A model generated the notes under the pieces. It saw only the letters and a program-made list of their open reading frames with translations, had not been told where the DNA came from and searched no databases. Made by a program: the position numbers and the translations under genes. From NCBI GenBank assembly GCA_963816145.1, contig CAWFJP010000004.1, positions 320,001 through 384,000 of the forward strand: a stretch of DNA of 64,000 nt, written 5' to 3'. This document shows, piece by piece, positions 60,319 through 64,000 of this stretch; position 1 is the first letter of the stretch; each line of letters starts with the position of its first letter. Source of the stretch: an uncultured delta proteobacterium (lineage in GTDB: Bacteria > Desulfobacterota > Binatia > UBA9968).

Positions 60319-61914
60319 ATGGCTCTAGGACAGCGTTTACAAGATTTGTCCCGCGCCGACTTTCTCAGCAGCGTCGGTCTTTACGTCATGCAGGACCGTC
60401 TGGTGATGGTGCGGCTGCGCAAAAGCTTTCTCAACGTCTCGCTGCTCGACGAGCAAGAACGAGAGCTTCCCCAGAGCGACACTCGACCGGCAATCGCCGA
60501 TATCACCGGCTGGGTGGCCGAGGACATCAAAGAGATCGCGCTGAAAGCCGAGAGCGATTCGCGCGAGCGCAGCCTGCGCCAGGCGATGGTTTCTTTGTTG
60601 CCCCATTTCAATGCTGGCCGCGACGCGGTTTATCTGTGTATCCCGCAAGATCAGGTGATGATGCAACAAATATTCCTGCCCTTGGCGGCGCAGGACACTA
60701 TCGACCAAGTCTTGGAATATGAAATCGAACGGCAGTTGCCTTTTCGCCGCGATGAGATCTATTACGACTATCTCGCCGCTGGTAAAAAAGGCGAGAAGCT
60801 AAGCCTGTATATCGTCGCGGTGCAGAAAAAGCTTGTCGACAGTCTGGTGAACTTGCTCGAATCTTTCGGCATCAAGCCCGCGGGTGTTGAACCTGATATC
60901 ACCGCGCTCCTCAATTACGCGCTTTATGCCGCCGGCCCAAACAGCGGCCGTACGGCTATCCTGGCGGCGAGCGCGCAGAGCTGGGACGTGCTTGGGGTCG
61001 AGACCAAAGCGGGCAGTTGGAACCGTTCGCTTCAACTGCTGTTTTCGCACCGCTTGCCGAATTCGGAATGGGCTCAGGGCGCCAGCCGAGAACTACTGCT
61101 GCAAGATCTCGTCGATGTCGGCAAGTGCTATCGTTGGGGCACTCTCGGTGCGGTGACCGGCTTGCCGGCGGAAAAATTTGCTGCCGCCGAGGATCTCGGT
61201 TCGTTGGACAGTCATCGTTTGAGTGGTCTCAAATCACCTCCCCCTGAGGCAGCATTGCCAGCAGTGGGCGCTGCGCTGCGCGGGATTCGTGAAGCCTCGG
61301 TCATCAGCAATTTCTTGCGCCATGAGAATCCCGAGTCAGCAGGAGGCAAGTCGCTGTCGATGCTCAATACTATTTTGGGCGGGCTTCTGGTGCTCACGTT
61401 AATTGCCTGGGTACTCAGTTATCCGATTAAAGACGAAATGCGCTTGCGCCAGTTGCAACGGGAGAATCAGAAGTTCGAGCCGGCAATCGAGGCGTTGCGC
61501 CGCGAAGAAAATCAATTACAACAGCTGAACAAAGAAGTTAGCGCCTTGGCCGATCTGCAAGGGCGCCGGGGCGAAGTGCTGAGAATCCTCGACGAGCTGT
61601 CGAAGGTGGTTCCCAACAACGCTCATTTGTCCAATCTGCGCTACCGCTCTGGAGTGTTAGAAGTCCAAGGCAACGCCGAAAGTGCCTCGGCGCTGATTCC
61701 GCTGTTGGAGCGCTCGCCGGTTTTTGAGAACGTGGCATTTAACGCGCCGTCCAACCGCGGCCGGGACAACCGCGAAACATTTTCATTGAAGGCCGATGTG
61801 GAAAAATTCAAGGAGTCCGCCAAGGAGCCGCCGCCAGCTACCAAAGCAGTTACCAAAGAGGCTCCGAAAGAGGCCCCGAAGGTGACCCCCAAAGAAAGTA
61901 AATCGAAGTCATGA
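60319..61914 (+). CDS. gspL: GspL-like protein (cytoplasmic actin-like part plus PilN-like periplasmic part)
   Basis: LEYEIERQLPF...IYYDY, one TM, coiled coil, LERSPVFENVAF. Confidence 0.8.
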   Translation: MALGQRLQDLSRADFLSSVGLYVMQDRLVMVRLRKSFLNVSLLDEQERELPQSDTRPAIADITGWVAEDIKEIALKAESDSRERSLRQAMVSLLPHFNAGRDAVYLCIPQDQVMMQQIFLPLAAQDTIDQVLEYEIERQLPFRRDEIYYDYLAAGKKGEKLSLYIVAVQKKLVDSLVNLLESFGIKPAGVEPDITALLNYALYAAGPNSGRTAILAASAQSWDVLGVETKAGSWNRSLQLLFSHRLPNSEWAQGASRELLLQDLVDVGKCYRWGTLGAVTGLPAEKFAAAEDLGSLDSHRLSGLKSPPPEAALPAVGAALRGIREASVISNFLRHENPESAGGKSLSMLNTILGGLLVLTLIAWVLSYPIKDEMRLRQLQRENQKFEPAIEALRREENQLQQLNKEVSALADLQGRRGEVLRILDELSKVVPNNAHLSNLRYRSGVLEVQGNAESASALIPLLERSPVFENVAFNAPSNRGRDNRETFSLKADVEKFKESAKEPPPATKAVTKEAPKEAPKVTPKESKSKS

Positions 61915-62579
61915 AGCAATTCTGGCAAAGGTTGTCGCAACGCGAACGCGGATTGGTCTATTTGACCGGCGCGATTCTGTTGTTCTTTATCGGCAAGGCT
62001 GCGATTGCCACGCCGTTGCTTGAGCGCCAGGCCAGAATTAAGGGACAACTCGAGAGCCAACCGCAGTTGTTGCAAAGGAATCTGCGCTATTTAAGCCAAA
62101 AGGATTCGCTTTTGGCGGCGCTGGAAGTTGCGCGCAATCAGATCAAATCGATCGAACCGGCATTGCTAACTGGGGATACGCCTTCGGTGACCGCCTCTGA
62201 TCTTCAAGAGACGGTGCAATCGTTAGCGACTCGCGAGGGCACGCAGGTGATCACGACCCGGGTGCTCAATCCCGAGCCGAGCGGCTCGTTCTCCAAGATC
62301 GCGATCCAAATGGAGATCGGCGGCCAGGTCCAACAACTGGCCAACTTGATTCGCAGCATCGAAAGCTCGCAAAAGCTCCTGGTGATAGATGAGATCAATG
62401 TTCGATCGTTGTTCCGTCCCGTTGGTTTCCCTCAGGCGCCTGGGTCGCAACCGGCAGCACAACAAAACCTTAGAGTGAGCCTCACCGTCATTGGCTATGC
62501 CCGGGCGCAACCAGCTGCCGCGGCGAAACCTGAAGGTCCAGCGGGACCGGCGAAAGCAGCGCCGGATAAGCGCGTCTAG
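61911..62579 (+). CDS. gspM: GspM/PilO-like protein
   Basis: WQRLSQRER, TM, coiled coil, ferredoxin-like tail (LLVIDEINV). Confidence 0.8.
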   Translation: MKQFWQRLSQRERGLVYLTGAILLFFIGKAAIATPLLERQARIKGQLESQPQLLQRNLRYLSQKDSLLAALEVARNQIKSIEPALLTGDTPSVTASDLQETVQSLATREGTQVITTRVLNPEPSGSFSKIAIQMEIGGQVQQLANLIRSIESSQKLLVIDEINVRSLFRPVGFPQAPGSQPAAQQNLRVSLTVIGYARAQPAAAAKPEGPAGPAKAAPDKRV

Positions 62580-62793
62580 GTCGAGTTCGACCGGCAGTGA
62601 ACTCCGTCGTGCGTAACTGGAGTATGGCGTACTTTGCTTGAAAATGAGCGCTAGTTTGAGCGGTGCTAAATTTGGACATTAAGGTATTAAACTCCAAAAC
62701 GACATTGTATAATCGGGTGCCGAATTGAACTTGTGGCGCAACCGGGTAAACTTGAGCGACTTCTGACCCAAGAGCGGCTGGAGGAAAAGCGAT

Positions 62794-63486
62794 ATTCTTA
62801 CTCGATCCGCACTCTTAAGCATTGTTATGGCGGTGGCCATCGGATTGGTCGCATGGACGACTTATCGCTCTTGGCGCGCGGGGCCTTGGGATATCCCGGG
62901 ACCCATAGCGCAGCGGCCGGCGGCGATTGTCACTCAGACGCAGATTTCGCTGGCACCGCGGTCGCCGATCGGCACCGAAGCGATCATCAGCAAGAATCTT
63001 TTTGATCCGGAACGAGGCGCGGGGGCCTCGCGTGATGCGGAAGAAAACTCGCGTGCTGTGCAACGGGTGCGCGGCATGGTTCTAATGGGCACAGTAATTA
63101 TTGGCAATAACCGCGTGGCGATTTTGCAGGATGGGACAAACTCTGCGCCCGGTCAGCCCATTCCCGGCCAACGCCCGCCAGCCCAACCGGCGGCGATGAT
63201 GCGCTTAAAAGTTGGCGACTCGCTTGAAGGGTTTAGGCTCACCGAGATTGCCGATCAGCGGGTGGTTTTCGCGCGTGACGCTACACGGGTTGAAGTGTTG
63301 CTAGACTTCTTTCGCAAAGTCGACAATGTTTCACCTCGGCCGGTTGCTGCGTCGGGGCCGGTTGCTGTGCCGGGGCAGATTCAAGCGCCGCCTGTGGGGG
63401 CGCCCGTACCCGTGCCGCGGGTTTTGCCCAACTTGCCAAGACGGGGCCGAATACCGGTTCCAGGAAGCGGCAGCCCCGAGTCATGA
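62794..63486 (+). CDS. GspC-like T2SS protein
   Basis: TM anchor, IISKNLFDPER, VLMGTVI, LKVGDSLEGFRLTEI...V, Pro-rich tail. First ATG is at 62827, but the frame is open upstream to an RBS-aligned ATT at 62794. Confidence 0.72.
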   Translation: MLTRSALLSIVMAVAIGLVAWTTYRSWRAGPWDIPGPIAQRPAAIVTQTQISLAPRSPIGTEAIISKNLFDPERGAGASRDAEENSRAVQRVRGMVLMGTVIIGNNRVAILQDGTNSAPGQPIPGQRPPAQPAAMMRLKVGDSLEGFRLTEIADQRVVFARDATRVEVLLDFFRKVDNVSPRPVAASGPVAVPGQIQAPPVGAPVPVPRVLPNLPRRGRIPVPGSGSPES

Positions 63487-63505
63487 GCGGAGAAGGAGCG
63501 TTCGC

Positions 63506-64000
63506 ATGTCTTTAATCAGAGTATCACGCATGGCTATTTTGGCTCTTGCAATGGCGGTTGCCCTGCCGGCAAGGGCGCAACAACCGTCCGTGACACCGAC
63601 TCCGGCGCCGAGTCCTAATCAACCGAGCCCAAGTACTCAGCAGCCGCCAGTTCCCGGTGATCCCAACGTGCCTCCAGGACCGCGGCCGCCGGTTTTGCCA
63701 CGGCGTATCCCCGCGCCCGTGCAAGTCCCTCCTGGGCAAGCGCCTGCTCCCGCAGCCGTTCCGGGACCTCCTCTTCCGACCCCATTGCCGCCGAATCAGG
63801 CGCCGCCAGTTGGTGGCGATTCCAGCGCCCCGGCGCCGCAACCTGCGCCAGCGATTCCCGTGCCGTCAGCGCGGCGCGGCATTTCCGGACAGTCCATTCC
63901 CGCCGGCGGCATGGTTTCGCTTAACTTTAACCGCGCTGACCTGGTCGAAATCATCCACATCATCGCCCAACAATTAAGGTTGACCTACACCATCGATCCC
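63506..64000 (+). CDS. gspD: secretin GspD, 5' part (truncated by window; not in the supplied ORF track)
   Basis: RBS AAGGAG. MSLIRVSRMAILALAMAVALPARA-QQ signal, long Pro-rich segment, then VSLNFNRADLVEIIHIIAQQLRLTYTIDP (N0 domain). Confidence 0.85.
   Translation, partial: MSLIRVSRMAILALAMAVALPARAQQPSVTPTPAPSPNQPSPSTQQPPVPGDPNVPPGPRPPVLPRRIPAPVQVPPGQAPAPAAVPGPPLPTPLPPNQAPPVGGDSSAPAPQPAPAIPVPSARRGISGQSIPAGGMVSLNFNRADLVEIIHIIAQQLRLTYTIDP

Noticed and set aside
62626-62640. sigma54 promoter TGGCGTACTTTGC before the gspC-like gene
   Set aside because: GG-GC spacing is 2 nt too short.
1-64000. tRNA, rRNA, integrase or prophage genes
   Set aside because: None recognised on either strand by eye.

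Overview
Bacterial chromosome segment, probably Deltaproteobacteria/Candidatus Binatia-like (inferred from gene style and order only). It has three parts. (1) About 1-12.2 kb is a GC-rich housekeeping arm: a frameshifted 3-hydroxyisobutyrate-dehydrogenase-family fragment, kptA, argS, a SPOR protein, trpD-C-F-B-A, folC and lptD. (2) About 12.2-48.9 kb is a visibly more AT-rich, mosaic surface-glycan island. It holds Wzm/Wzt, many GT2/GT4 enzymes, six SAM-methyltransferase domains, an aminosugar/acyl cassette, Gmd, a GT-C module and several pseudogene scars. Directly after wzm-wzt sit three Sec-exported proteins (subtilase, FN3 protein, PQQ sugar dehydrogenase) that carry the same C-terminal DUF4214-like repeat module, plus a lipoprotein that is a free-standing copy of the subtilase propeptide and a sigma54-like promoter with a variant c-di-GMP-I riboswitch. 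(3) About 49-64 kb holds a SPOR/Ig lipoprotein, a GT4, a WcaJ-like initiating transferase, an O-antigen-ligase-family gene, a cupin and a type II secretion cluster gspE-F-G-H-I-J-K-L-M-C-D (D truncated by the window). The best candidate for an undescribed system is glycan-anchored surface display: a portable DUF4214 tag grafted onto different cargoes, encoded inside the locus that makes the glycan and next to a T2SS. All family calls come from motif recognition by eye, with no database searches.
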